The notes beneath the pieces were generated by a model that searched no databases, had not been told where the DNA came from, and was given only the letters and a program-made list of their open reading frames with translations. The translations under genes and the position numbers were made by a program. From NCBI GenBank assembly GCA_905203475.1, contig CAJKWD010000002.1, forward strand, positions 1,658-65,657: DNA of 64,000 bases, given 5' to 3'. Shown in pieces: positions 8,150 to 17,350 of this stretch (positions are counted from its first letter, which is position 1; each line of letters opens with the position of its first letter). This DNA comes from an uncultured Acholeplasmataceae bacterium. GTDB taxonomy: Bacteria; Bacillota_I; Bacilli_A; RF39; UBA660.

Positions 8150-9469
8150 ATGAAAGAAAAATGGAACATATGGTGTCAAAAACAGCAGAAATATATAAAA
8201 TGGGCAATGATTGGTGTTCTTATCGTTATTTTTCTTATGCTTGTCACAACAGCTTTAGGAAGTAAAGGAAAATTATTAAAAGATCAGAATGGACATTATT
8301 ACCGAGAAATAAAACAGGAAAATAGGACAATTCATGTTCCTGTATTTCAAGATAAAAAGCTAAATGATGAAACAAAAAAGTTTCAAAAACGTATTTTAAA
8401 AAACGAGAAAATTAAAAGTTTGGACTATGAAATAAAAGCAACAGGTGATTTGACACAAGTTATTTGGACCAAAAAAGAAACTAAAAAAGAACAAAAAGAA
8501 ACATGGGTATATCACCAAAAAAATCATCAGGCAATCACCTTAAAACAAGTTTTCCATAATTGGAATCGTGAGATGGAGGAAGAGGTAATTACTTTTTTAA
8601 ATTTGGAATGGAATCGTATGATTCGTACGATGACACCACCGCTTCCAAATGATTATCAAATTCAGGAAGAAGCAAAAAGAGCGATTGCTGACGAGAATTG
8701 GTATATTCAAAATAGTAAAAATGATTATCATTTATATTTTGAGATAGAGAAAGAAAATAAAAATTATGAAGTGGGAATTCCTTTTTATATTTTAAAAGAT
8801 AAAATTAATTGGAAAACATTGGGAATTGAAAAAAAGACCGATTCATGGTTTCAAAATTATATAAAAGATCGTAAAGCGGTGGCGTTTACTTTTGATGATG
8901 GACCGAATCCGAATACGACTCCTACTTTAATTACAGAGTTTGGTAAAAGAGGGATGAATGCTAGTTTTTTCATGTTAGGGAAAAATGCTGAGAAGTATCC
9001 TGAAGTTGTAAAAATGGTAGATCAAAATGGATTTGAAATTGGCAGTCATACTTATCAGCATCGCAATTTAAAGAGAATTTCAAATGAAGAACAAAGTTAT
9101 GAAATCAATCAAACAAAGCAAGTTATTTATAATACGATTGGTAAAAATCCGACAAGTATTCGTCCTCCATATGGGAATTATAATGATGTAACACTTTCTT
9201 ATATAGATACTCCCATTGTTCTTTGGAATGTCGATACATGGGATTGGAAATATCGTGATGCGAATACGACTTATCAAAATTCCATTGATAAAATAGAAGA
9301 TGGAGCGATTGTGTTATTTCATGATATTTATTATGCAAGTGTGGATGCTGCAATTCGTATGGCCGATGAATTATATATGCGCGGTTATCTTTTATTAAGT
9401 GTGCAAGAATTGGCAAATGCGAAACATATCACTCTTACACCTAAAACTCGTTATTATCATATTCCGTGA
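8150..9469 (+). CDS. Polysaccharide (peptidoglycan) deacetylase, NodB family, membrane-anchored
   Basis: FTFDDGP, HTYQHRN, RPPYG and LFHD NodB motifs. AGGTGA RBS upstream of ATG 8150. Confidence 0.9.
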   Translation: MKEKWNIWCQKQQKYIKWAMIGVLIVIFLMLVTTALGSKGKLLKDQNGHYYREIKQENRTIHVPVFQDKKLNDETKKFQKRILKNEKIKSLDYEIKATGDLTQVIWTKKETKKEQKETWVYHQKNHQAITLKQVFHNWNREMEEEVITFLNLEWNRMIRTMTPPLPNDYQIQEEAKRAIADENWYIQNSKNDYHLYFEIEKENKNYEVGIPFYILKDKINWKTLGIEKKTDSWFQNYIKDRKAVAFTFDDGPNPNTTPTLITEFGKRGMNASFFMLGKNAEKYPEVVKMVDQNGFEIGSHTYQHRNLKRISNEEQSYEINQTKQVIYNTIGKNPTSIRPPYGNYNDVTLSYIDTPIVLWNVDTWDWKYRDANTTYQNSIDKIEDGAIVLFHDIYYASVDAAIRMADELYMRGYLLLSVQELANAKHITLTPKTRYYHIP

Positions 9470-9523
9470 TATCTTGTTTGAAAGTTTCATATAATTTGAT
9501 ATAATATAGTAGGATGTGATGGT

Positions 9524-10630
9524 ATGAAAGTCATAGTGAGTGCTGGGGGAACAGGAGGACATATTTATCCTGCTTTAGCAATTATTAATAAGTTAAAAGA
9601 AGTAGATTCTAAATTAGAAGTATTATATATAGGAACTCATAATCGTATGGAAAAAGACATTGTACCGGAAAAAGGAATTCCATTTGAAACACTGGAAATA
9701 TACGGATTATATCGTAAAAAAATATATAAGAATGTAAAAACACTCGCATGTTTTTATAAAAGTTATCGTAAGTGTCTTCGTATTATGAGAAAATTTCAGC
9801 CCGATTTAGTAATTGGAGTAGGTGGGTATGTTACGGCACCTGTTATTTTAGCAGCCCATAAATTGAAAATTAAAACAGCGATTCATGAACAGAATAGTGT
9901 TCCTGGAGCAAGTAATCACTTTTTAAGTAAATATGTTGATAAAATTATGGTTTCTTTTCCTGCTAGTAAAAAAGAGTTTCCTGAAGAAAAAACTGTTTAT
10001 ACTGGAAACCCTTGTAGTGAGGATGCTTTAAAAGCAACCCCAATTCAAAAATCAGAATATGGATTAAGTGATAAAAAACAACTTGTTACCATTGTCATGG
10101 GATCTTTAGGAGCAAGTCACGTGAATCAATTTTTAATGGATAGTATGTCTTATTTTGAAAACAAAGATTATGAGGTGGCTTTTGTAACTGGAAAACAAGA
10201 TTACGAAGAAGTAATGCGTCATACATTTCCTAAAAATATTCATGTTTATCCATATGTTCCACTTACATCTTTTATGAAAAAAACAGATCTTTTAGTATCA
10301 CGTGCTGGAGCATCAACTTTAAGTGAAATTATGGCCTTACATGTGCCTTGTATTTTGATTCCTAGTCCATATGTTCCAAACAATCATCAGTGGAAGAATG
10401 CAATGGGGTTAGTGCAAGAGAAGGCAGCTATTTTATTAGAAGAAAAAGATTTAAAAGAAGATGTTTTAGTGAAGACAATTGATCAATTATTAAAAAATCC
10501 AATTCAGTTAGAAGCGATGAAGAAACAGTTAAGCAGACTTGCTGTTTCAGATAGTGCTACAAGAATTGTAAAAGAATTATATCAGTTAGTAGATGGAGAT
10601 ACATATGGAAAAGATAAAAACGTTAGATAA
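9524..10630 (+). CDS. murG: UDP-GlcNAc:lipid I GlcNAc transferase MurG
   Basis: GGTGGHIYPALA N-terminus, SRAGASTLSE, and dcw context. Confidence 0.95.
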   Translation: MKVIVSAGGTGGHIYPALAIINKLKEVDSKLEVLYIGTHNRMEKDIVPEKGIPFETLEIYGLYRKKIYKNVKTLACFYKSYRKCLRIMRKFQPDLVIGVGGYVTAPVILAAHKLKIKTAIHEQNSVPGASNHFLSKYVDKIMVSFPASKKEFPEEKTVYTGNPCSEDALKATPIQKSEYGLSDKKQLVTIVMGSLGASHVNQFLMDSMSYFENKDYEVAFVTGKQDYEEVMRHTFPKNIHVYPYVPLTSFMKKTDLLVSRAGASTLSEIMALHVPCILIPSPYVPNNHQWKNAMGLVQEKAAILLEEKDLKEDVLVKTIDQLLKNPIQLEAMKKQLSRLAVSDSATRIVKELYQLVDGDTYGKDKNVR

Positions 10631-11516
10631 ATTAAATGTCGGAAGGGTTATTTATCATGTCCCTTTAAATGAATATACAACATACCGTGTTGGCGGAATT
10701 GGAAGAGCATTGGTAATTGTCGATAATCAGGAATGTTTAATAAAATTAGTTCATTTTTTAGAGGAAAAAAATATTCGTTGGAAAATATTGGGAAATGGTT
10801 CTAATTTAATTTTTCAAGATGGCTTTTACGATGGTGTATTAATTAGTTTAAGTAATTTAAATCAAATGGAGATTGATGGTACGGAGATTATGGTCGAAGC
10901 AGGGTATCCACTTCCTAAATTAGCGATGAAAGCAGCGAAAGCTTCTTTAACTGGATTAGAGTTTGCAGCAGGTATTCCTGGTACTGTTGGGGGAGCTCTT
11001 TTTATGAATGCTGGTGCTTATAAAAGCGATATGGGATATATTGTAAAAGAAGTTACGTTTTTAGATGAAAATTTAGAAAAGAGAATATTTACAAATCGTG
11101 AATGTGATTTTCACTATCGTACTTCTTATTTTAAAAAGCATCCTAAATGCATTTGTTTAAGTACTAAGATTGTTTTAAAAAGAGGAATGAAAGAAGCAAT
11201 TTTGGCAGTTATGGAAGATCGTCGTAAGAGAAGAGTGGAGTCACAACCATTAGAATATCCAAGTGCTGGAAGTGTTTTTCGTAATCCGGAAGGAGATTAT
11301 GCAGGACGTTTGATTGAAAGCTTAGGTTATAAAGGAAAAATGTATGGAGGAGCAATGGTATCAGAAAAGCATGCTAATTTTATTATTAATAAAAATCATG
11401 CGACAGCAAATGATATCATTGGTTTAATTCGTGATATTCAAAAACGAGTAAAAAAAGAATATGGTATTGATTTAAAATTAGAACAGGAAATTGTCGAAGC
11501 AAAAAGTTCCAACTAG
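10605..11516 (+). CDS. murB: UDP-N-acetylenolpyruvoylglucosamine reductase MurB
   Basis: YTTYRVGG, GNGSNL, AGIPGTVGGA, PSAGSVFRNP. The start overlaps the murG end. Confidence 0.95.
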   Translation: MEKIKTLDKLNVGRVIYHVPLNEYTTYRVGGIGRALVIVDNQECLIKLVHFLEEKNIRWKILGNGSNLIFQDGFYDGVLISLSNLNQMEIDGTEIMVEAGYPLPKLAMKAAKASLTGLEFAAGIPGTVGGALFMNAGAYKSDMGYIVKEVTFLDENLEKRIFTNRECDFHYRTSYFKKHPKCICLSTKIVLKRGMKEAILAVMEDRRKRRVESQPLEYPSAGSVFRNPEGDYAGRLIESLGYKGKMYGGAMVSEKHANFIINKNHATANDIIGLIRDIQKRVKKEYGIDLKLEQEIVEAKSSN

Positions 11517-12127
11517 TGGGTTGGAACTTTTTTATGAATATCTGTTTTCAGATCATTCTTTAAGGGGCGTATTTGTAAGCCAATATAGATGACTTGTGTT
11601 TGAATAATCGTAAATAAAATACCATATACAACAGACCAAATACCAAAAGTAGCTACACCTATGATTAAAATAATCATTCCTATGATGCGTAAAATAATTG
11701 CTGGATTCCATTTGGGGTGAATTTTATGTAGATAAAGAGCTATGACATCATAACCGACAGTAGAGGAATCTTGACTTAGACAAAGATAATGACCTAATCC
11801 AACTAATACTCCAGCGATGACTACACATACAAATGCTGGAAGAGGGAAAGTAATTCCTGTCCAGTGAAAGAAGTTAAAGAAAATAACATAACAAATACTA
11901 CTGTAAAGAGATCTGATAAAAAATTCTTTACCGAGAAAAACTCTTCCAAATATTAATAAGATAATGGTAAGAGGAGTGCTAATATAACTTATATCAACAT
12001 GGAGGTAATGAGAAATTAAAAGAGAGGTACTTGTTACACCACCATTTATAATTTGATTTGGCACTGTTAAAAAAGCATATGCAGCTGTTAATAGTAAATT
12101 TCCAATCGTAATTATAACATAACTCAT
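11513..12127 (-). CDS. YitT/YczE-like integral membrane protein
   Basis: Polytopic protein with N-terminal LTVPNQIINGGVTSTSLL, characteristic of the YitT family. AGGAG RBS. Confidence 0.6.
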   Translation of the reverse strand: MSYVIITIGNLLLTAAYAFLTVPNQIINGGVTSTSLLISHYLHVDISYISTPLTIILLIFGRVFLGKEFFIRSLYSSICYVIFFNFFHWTGITFPLPAFVCVVIAGVLVGLGHYLCLSQDSSTVGYDVIALYLHKIHPKWNPAIILRIIGMIILIIGVATFGIWSVVYGILFTIIQTQVIYIGLQIRPLKNDLKTDIHKKVPTH

Positions 12128-12311
12128 ATTATCTACTCCTATCGTAATATTATTATTTTATCACATATCGTTCATGAAGTTCTTTTTTTGTTTAGATGAT
12201 TTTGATAAAAAGTGTAAAGGAAACGGAATATTCATATCGATAACCATCGTCTTATCATTTACGAAATGTATAGGTACGTGATATAATAAAAAAAGAATAG
12301 GAGCGTTTGTT

Positions 12312-13019
12312 ATGGCAAAGAAGAAAAAGAAACAAAGAAAAAAGCAAACACCGGCCAAGAAAAAACGAAAGATTTTATATGGTCGTATTTTTCTAGCACT
12401 TGTTATTCTTTTTGTTATAATTTATATGTTCATTATGTTAATTCCACAAAAAATACAAACGATACATATATCAGGAAATGAATTTTTAACAGATCAAGAA
12501 GTATTAGAACTTGCAGAGTTGGAAGATTATCCTTCTACTTTTGCTCATTATAGTTATAAGATAGAAAAAGATTTAGAAAGCTCTAATTTAATTACTAAAG
12601 CGACTGTGAAAAAGAAGTGGCTTTATGAGGTATCTATTCATATTGAGGAAAATCGCCCGTTATTTTATGATTCTACGAAGAAAAAGACAGTATTAGAAAG
12701 TGGTGAAACGACGAATCGTTCCTTTGATGTTCCAGTATTAATTAACTATACACCTGACAAGATTTACAAGAAGTTAATTACTAAGATGCATGATTTAGAT
12801 ACTGATATTATTCGTAGAATTTCTGAAATGCAATATGATCCAAATGATGTAGATCCAAATCGTTTCCTTTTTACAATGAATGATGGTAATTATGTTTATT
12901 TAACGGCAAATCAATTAAATAATTTAAATAGTTATGTTACAATCATTTCTAAGTTTGAAGGAAAGAAAGGAATTTTATATCTCGATAGTGGAGAATATTT
13001 CCAAGTGATGGAAGGTTAA
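12312..13019 (+). CDS. divIB: Cell division protein DivIB/FtsQ
   Basis: Lys-rich N-terminus, a single TM, a POTRA-like region (IHISGNEFLTDQEV), and a position upstream of ftsA. Confidence 0.85.
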   Translation: MAKKKKKQRKKQTPAKKKRKILYGRIFLALVILFVIIYMFIMLIPQKIQTIHISGNEFLTDQEVLELAELEDYPSTFAHYSYKIEKDLESSNLITKATVKKKWLYEVSIHIEENRPLFYDSTKKKTVLESGETTNRSFDVPVLINYTPDKIYKKLITKMHDLDTDIIRRISEMQYDPNDVDPNRFLFTMNDGNYVYLTANQLNNLNSYVTIISKFEGKKGILYLDSGEYFQVMEG

Positions 13020-13043
13020 AGTAAAAAAAGTATAATTTTCAAA

Positions 13044-13073
13044 GGGGAAAAGCGAATTTTTTTCTCCTTTTTT
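13044..13073 (+). terminator. Rho-independent terminator
   Basis: ggggaaaa / ttttctcc stem (one G:U pair) followed by T6. Confidence 0.55.
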
Positions 13074-13139
13074 CTTGATTTTCTTTTCTTTTTTGAAAAA
13101 CTATAGTATAATGAATACTAGATTGTAGGAGATGATTTT

Positions 13140-14405
13140 GTGAAGCACATTTATACAAGCATTGATTTAGGTACAGATTCAATCAAAGTTGTTGTTTGTG
13201 AACTTTACAAGAACAAGTTGAACTTACTTGCTGCATCTTCCGAAAAATCAGAGGGAATAAAAAAAGGGTTAATTACAGATGTTGAGAAGGCAAAAACATC
13301 TTTAAAAAAAGCAATTTCTAATGTCGAATCCATGTTAGGAATTACTTTAAAACAAGCGATTGTAAGCGTTCCGAGTTACTTTTTAGAATGTTCTATGGTT
13401 AAGGGAAGTGTTGATATTCCTATGAATATCAATGAAGATGATGAAGCTTACGATGGAATTATTGATGGAAATGATGTTTCTCGTGTTATCTCTGAAGCAA
13501 TGAGAAGTTATGATTTTCGCGATCGTGAGATGGTTGCGGTTTTGCCGATTGATTTTTTAGTGAATCAAAAAGACTATGTAAGAGATCCAAAGGGGTTACC
13601 AGGAAAGACATTGGGTACGAGAGCAATGATGGTAGCAACGCCAAAAAAGAATATCTATTCTGTTGTTCAATTACTTTCTAGTATTGGAATTGAAGTAGTA
13701 GATATTTCAATTAATGCGATTGGAGATGCATATGCTTTTAAAAATCGTGAGATGGATGCTACAGTGGGAGCAATTGTCAATATTGGTTCTGAGACAACTT
13801 CTGTGTCACTTTACAACAAAGGAATCATTGTGAAACACGCAATGTTACAATTAGGTGGTAAAAATATAGAAAATGATATTGCCTATATTTATAAATTAAA
13901 AAGTGATGATGCTAGAAAATTAAAGGAAAAGTTTGCTTTTGCTCATAAGAACCATGCAAGTCAGTATGAAGTAAAAGAAGTTGCAAATGTGTATGGGGAA
14001 ACGGTAAAAGTAAATCAGTTTGAGATTTCTGAAATTGCTCAGTCGCGATTAGAGGAAATTTTAACGCTTGCCAAGAAAGAGATTCGTTCCCTTACGAGTC
14101 GTAATATTGATTATGTAATTATTACAGGTGGAACGAGTAATATGGCAAATTTTAATTACATTGCAAAAGAAGTATTTGGTAATATCGCAAAGTTAGGAAA
14201 TGTGAAATTAATCGGAATTCGAAATAATAAGTACTCTTCTGCAGTAGGAAATATCGCATATTTTGTAAGTAAATTGAAGTTAAAGGGAAAAGAATATACG
14301 ATGGTTAGTTCAGATATGGAGGAAGCTTTAGTATCTGTAGAAAATGAAGCAGGATCTTATGATTCTATGCTTGGGAAAGTATTTGGATTCTTTTTCAGCG
14401 AATAA
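13140..14405 (+). CDS. ftsA: Cell division protein FtsA
   Basis: GTG start with an AGGAG RBS. IDLGTDSIKVVV and GGTSNM actin-fold motifs. Confidence 0.95.
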   Translation: MKHIYTSIDLGTDSIKVVVCELYKNKLNLLAASSEKSEGIKKGLITDVEKAKTSLKKAISNVESMLGITLKQAIVSVPSYFLECSMVKGSVDIPMNINEDDEAYDGIIDGNDVSRVISEAMRSYDFRDREMVAVLPIDFLVNQKDYVRDPKGLPGKTLGTRAMMVATPKKNIYSVVQLLSSIGIEVVDISINAIGDAYAFKNREMDATVGAIVNIGSETTSVSLYNKGIIVKHAMLQLGGKNIENDIAYIYKLKSDDARKLKEKFAFAHKNHASQYEVKEVANVYGETVKVNQFEISEIAQSRLEEILTLAKKEIRSLTSRNIDYVIITGGTSNMANFNYIAKEVFGNIAKLGNVKLIGIRNNKYSSAVGNIAYFVSKLKLKGKEYTMVSSDMEEALVSVENEAGSYDSMLGKVFGFFFSE

Positions 14406-14420
14406 GGAGGAAGAAAGTTT

Positions 14421-15536
14421 ATGTTAAATGGATTAGAAATGGATCAATTAGCAAAAATAAAGGTAATTGGTGTCGGTGGAGGTGGAAATAACGCCGTAAA
14501 CCGTATGATTGAGTCAGGAGTACAAGGGGTAGACTTTATTGTTGCAAATACAGATTTACAAGTTTTAAATAATTCAAAGTCACCAGTTAAGATTCAAATT
14601 GGTGCAGAACTTACAAATGGACTTGGAGCAGGAGCAAACCCTCAAGTAGGAAAAGAGGCTGCATTAGAGACAAAGGCAGAAATTGAAGCTGCTTTAGAAG
14701 GTGCTGATATGGTTTTCATCACTTGTGGTATGGGTGGTGGAACTGGTACAGGAGCAGCACCAGTTATCGCTGAAATTGCTCAAAATTTAGGAGCATTAAC
14801 AGTAGGTATTGTTACAAAGCCATTTTCATTTGAAGGAAAGAAAAGAATGAGCCAAGCATTAGCTGGGTTAGAAGAATTAAAGAAAAATGTAGATACATTA
14901 ATTGTAATACCAAATGATCGTTTAAGAGAAATTATCGATAAACAAACACCATTATTAGATTCATTTAAAGAAGTTGATAATGTATTAAGACGTGGAGTAC
15001 AATCAATTTCAGATTTAATTGCGGTTGCAGGGTTAATTAATCTAGATTTTGCTGACGTCAAAGCAGTTATGCAAAATCGTGGTAATGCTTTAATTGGTAT
15101 TGGTATGGGTGTTGGAGAAGATCGTGCTGCAGAAGCTGCTAGACAAGCAGTATCTAGTCCGCTTTTAGAGACAAGTATTGATGGAGCAACAGATGCTATT
15201 ATCAATGTAACAGGTGGCTCTAATTTAACATTATTTGAAGTAGAAGAAGCAGCTGATGTGATTCGTAAAAGTGCTAATACAGATATTAATACAATCTTTG
15301 GTGCTGTTATTAATGAAAACTTAAACGATGAAATTATTGTAACTGTTATTGCAACAGGATTTGAAGATGATGATAAAGTAAAAGATGCACAACATACATC
15401 TACAGAACAACAACCAAAAAGAGAAGATATTGCATTTACACGTAGTGAATTAAATCGTGATTTAGACACAGATGATGATTCGTCATCTAGCCCTGATATC
15501 GATATTCCTCCATTTTTAAGAAGAAGAGAATTTTAA
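14421..15536 (+). CDS. ftsZ: Cell division GTPase FtsZ
   Basis: [13 protein letters not shown], the GGGTGTG tubulin signature, and a C-terminal DIPPFLRRR peptide. Confidence 0.98.
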   Translation: MLNGLEMDQLAKIKVIGVGGGGNNAVNRMIESGVQGVDFIVANTDLQVLNNSKSPVKIQIGAELTNGLGAGANPQVGKEAALETKAEIEAALEGADMVFITCGMGGGTGTGAAPVIAEIAQNLGALTVGIVTKPFSFEGKKRMSQALAGLEELKKNVDTLIVIPNDRLREIIDKQTPLLDSFKEVDNVLRRGVQSISDLIAVAGLINLDFADVKAVMQNRGNALIGIGMGVGEDRAAEAARQAVSSPLLETSIDGATDAIINVTGGSNLTLFEVEEAADVIRKSANTDINTIFGAVINENLNDEIIVTVIATGFEDDDKVKDAQHTSTEQQPKREDIAFTRSELNRDLDTDDDSSSSPDIDIPPFLRRREF

Positions 15537-15557
15537 AAGGACATGTGTCCTTTTTTT
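15535..15557 (+). terminator. ftsZ terminator
   Basis: aaaaggac-atgt-gtcctttt hairpin followed by a T-run. Confidence 0.7.
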
Positions 15558-15630
15558 CTGTCAAATAGAGTAAAGTATAGTTGCAAATAGTAAATAAATT
15601 ATCCTTTTTGGAATATTTTGTCAAAAAAGC

Positions 15631-15659
15631 TTGTATTCTTTTTGGAAACATGATATATT
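15631..15659 (+). promoter_or_regulatory. Sigma-A-type promoter (TTGTAT-17-TATATT with TG extension)
   Basis: -35 at 15631-15636 and -10 at 15654-15659, with TG at 15651-15652. Confidence 0.45.
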
Positions 15660-15665
15660 TTAGTT

Positions 15666-15760
15666 GTAGGAAGAAATTCCTACGGGGATTCTACCCTGAA
15701 AAGGGTGGAGTAGTTTTAATTTCTACGACGGGTGGGAAGCGTATCTTCCCATCTTTTTTT
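15666..15760 (+). ncRNA. Candidate ~95-nt small RNA or leader of unknown class
   Basis: Sits between its own promoter and the terminator GGGAAG-cgtat-CTTCCC + T7 (15734-15760). Two hairpins (15675-15690 and 15691-15708). GGGTGG is duplicated (15703 and 15730), which allows alternative pairing with CTACCC. Confidence 0.35.
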
Positions 15761-15770
15761 GTTTAAATAA

Positions 15771-15777
15771 TTCGACA
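15771..15777 (-). promoter_or_regulatory. Spo0A box (TGTCGAA on the minus strand) overlapping the -35 region of the spoIIGA promoter
   Basis: TTCGACA is an exact reverse complement of the 0A-box core. TGaTATTTT extended -10 at 15796-15804. Confidence 0.45.
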
Positions 15778-15819
15778 TGATTTCAACAAGATACATGATA
15801 TTTTATTCATGGTGATGCT

Positions 15820-16602
15820 ATGAAAGTATATCTTGATCTTGTTTTTTTTATTAACTTTGGGTTTGATTTTATTCTTTTATTAAGTGTTTCTTATCTTTTA
15901 AAAAGAGGAAGTACAATTTTTTCTTGTATCAAAGGCGCTTTGGTAGGAGCACTATCCATTTTCTTTTTGTTTTTACCCTTAAACTCTTTTTCTTTATTTC
16001 TATTAAAAGGATTGGTTAGTGTTGTGATGATACTTGTAACATTTCATTATCAAAATAAACGCTATTTTATCAAAAATATGGTTTACTTATATTTAAATAG
16101 TATTGTCTTAGGTGGAGGGCTTTATTTTCTAAATGTACAATTTGCTATGAAGCAAAAGGGACTTATATTTTTTCACAATGGTGTTTCTTTGAATGTATGG
16201 TTGCTATTCATCTTATCGCCTATGATTCTTTATTTGTACTTAAAACAATTAAAGCAATTAAAAGTAAATTACGCATCGTATTATCAAGTATCATTTGTAT
16301 GGAAGAAAAAGAAATATCAAATGACTGCTTTTTTAGATACAGGAAATCAGATACAAGATCCGTATTTTAAGCGTCCAGTATTACTCATTAGTCCCAATGT
16401 TTTAAAAAACAAGATACAGTCACCAATTTATATTCCATACCATGCAGTCGGAAAAGATGGTATGCTTTCCTGTTTTTTATTAGATAGTATTCATATTGAA
16501 GGGGTAGGTGATCGTAAGAAAGTATTAGTAGGAATATTAGACGATAAAATAAGAATGGATGGAATAGAGATGATATTAGGAACAAAAGTATTGGAGGGTT
16601 AA
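15820..16602 (+). CDS. spoIIGA: Sigma-E processing aspartic peptidase SpoIIGA
   Basis: Five N-terminal TM segments, the FLDTGNQ active-site motif, and a position immediately upstream of sigE. Confidence 0.92.
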   Translation: MKVYLDLVFFINFGFDFILLLSVSYLLKRGSTIFSCIKGALVGALSIFFLFLPLNSFSLFLLKGLVSVVMILVTFHYQNKRYFIKNMVYLYLNSIVLGGGLYFLNVQFAMKQKGLIFFHNGVSLNVWLLFILSPMILYLYLKQLKQLKVNYASYYQVSFVWKKKKYQMTAFLDTGNQIQDPYFKRPVLLISPNVLKNKIQSPIYIPYHAVGKDGMLSCFLLDSIHIEGVGDRKKVLVGILDDKIRMDGIEMILGTKVLEG

Positions 16603-17295
16603 ATGTTAAAGAGAATATGGAATTTTTTAAAACAATTATTATGGGATGAGTATAATTTATTTTTTGTTGGAAGTAGTGATAAATTACCAGAACCATTATC
16701 TAGGGAAGAAGAAACAAAATACGTAGAACTTTCTATGCAAGGAGATGAAAAAGCACGGGCAAAATTAATTGAACATAATTTAAGATTGGTTGTATTCTTA
16801 TCAAAAAAATATGAAAATACAGGAATCGATTTAGAAGATTTAGTAAGTATTGGGACTATTGGATTAATTAAAGGAGTCAATACTTATAAACTAGATAAGA
16901 ATATTAAATTAGCAACCTATGCTTCTAGATGTATTGATAATGAAATTTTAATGTATTTAAGAAAAAATAAAAAGAGAAGGACAGAAATTAGTTTTGAAGA
17001 CAGTTTAAGTTATGATGGAGAAGGAAATGAGTTACATTTAGAAGATGTTTTAGGAACAGATGCGGACATTGTTACGAAAGGATTAGAAGAAGAAACAGAG
17101 AAGAAATTGTTATATCAAGAAATTGCTAAATTAAAGGGTAGAGATAAAGAAATTATGATATTAAGATATGGGTTATTTGGACAAAAAGAAAAGACTCAAA
17201 AAGAAGTAGCTACTATGTTAAATATTAGTCAATCATATATTTCTCGTATTGAAAAGAAAGTAATCAAACACTTAAAAGGAACGGTACAATCATAG
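16603..17295 (+). CDS. sigE: Sporulation sigma factor E (pro-sigma-E)
   Basis: Pro-sequence followed by LPEPLSREEE, NLRLVVFLSKKY, IGTIGLIKGVNTY and ISQSYISRIEKK. Confidence 0.95.
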   Translation: MLKRIWNFLKQLLWDEYNLFFVGSSDKLPEPLSREEETKYVELSMQGDEKARAKLIEHNLRLVVFLSKKYENTGIDLEDLVSIGTIGLIKGVNTYKLDKNIKLATYASRCIDNEILMYLRKNKKRRTEISFEDSLSYDGEGNELHLEDVLGTDADIVTKGLEEETEKKLLYQEIAKLKGRDKEIMILRYGLFGQKEKTQKEVATMLNISQSYISRIEKKVIKHLKGTVQS

Positions 17296-17315
17296 TTGCC
17301 GTTTTTTTTGAAAAT

Positions 17316-17324
17316 TGATATAAT
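17316..17324 (+). promoter_or_regulatory. Extended -10 promoter element (TGaTATAAT)
   Basis: Lies 27 nt upstream of the GT39 start codon, after the sigE stop codon. Confidence 0.4.
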
Positions 17325-17350
17325 GAAACATAGTAAAAGTAGGTGTCAGT

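Noticed and set aside
14780-15469. 229-aa ORF antisense to ftsZ
   Set aside because: It lies entirely inside the highly conserved ftsZ gene on the opposite strand. It is Ser/Ala/Ile-rich and low-complexity, with no RBS. It is a typical shadow ORF of a G/A-rich coding strand.
15581-15766. 61-aa ORF between ftsZ and spoIIGA
   Set aside because: It has no RBS and atypical composition. It spans a promoter, two hairpins and an intrinsic terminator, so the region is better explained as non-coding (see the sRNA candidate).
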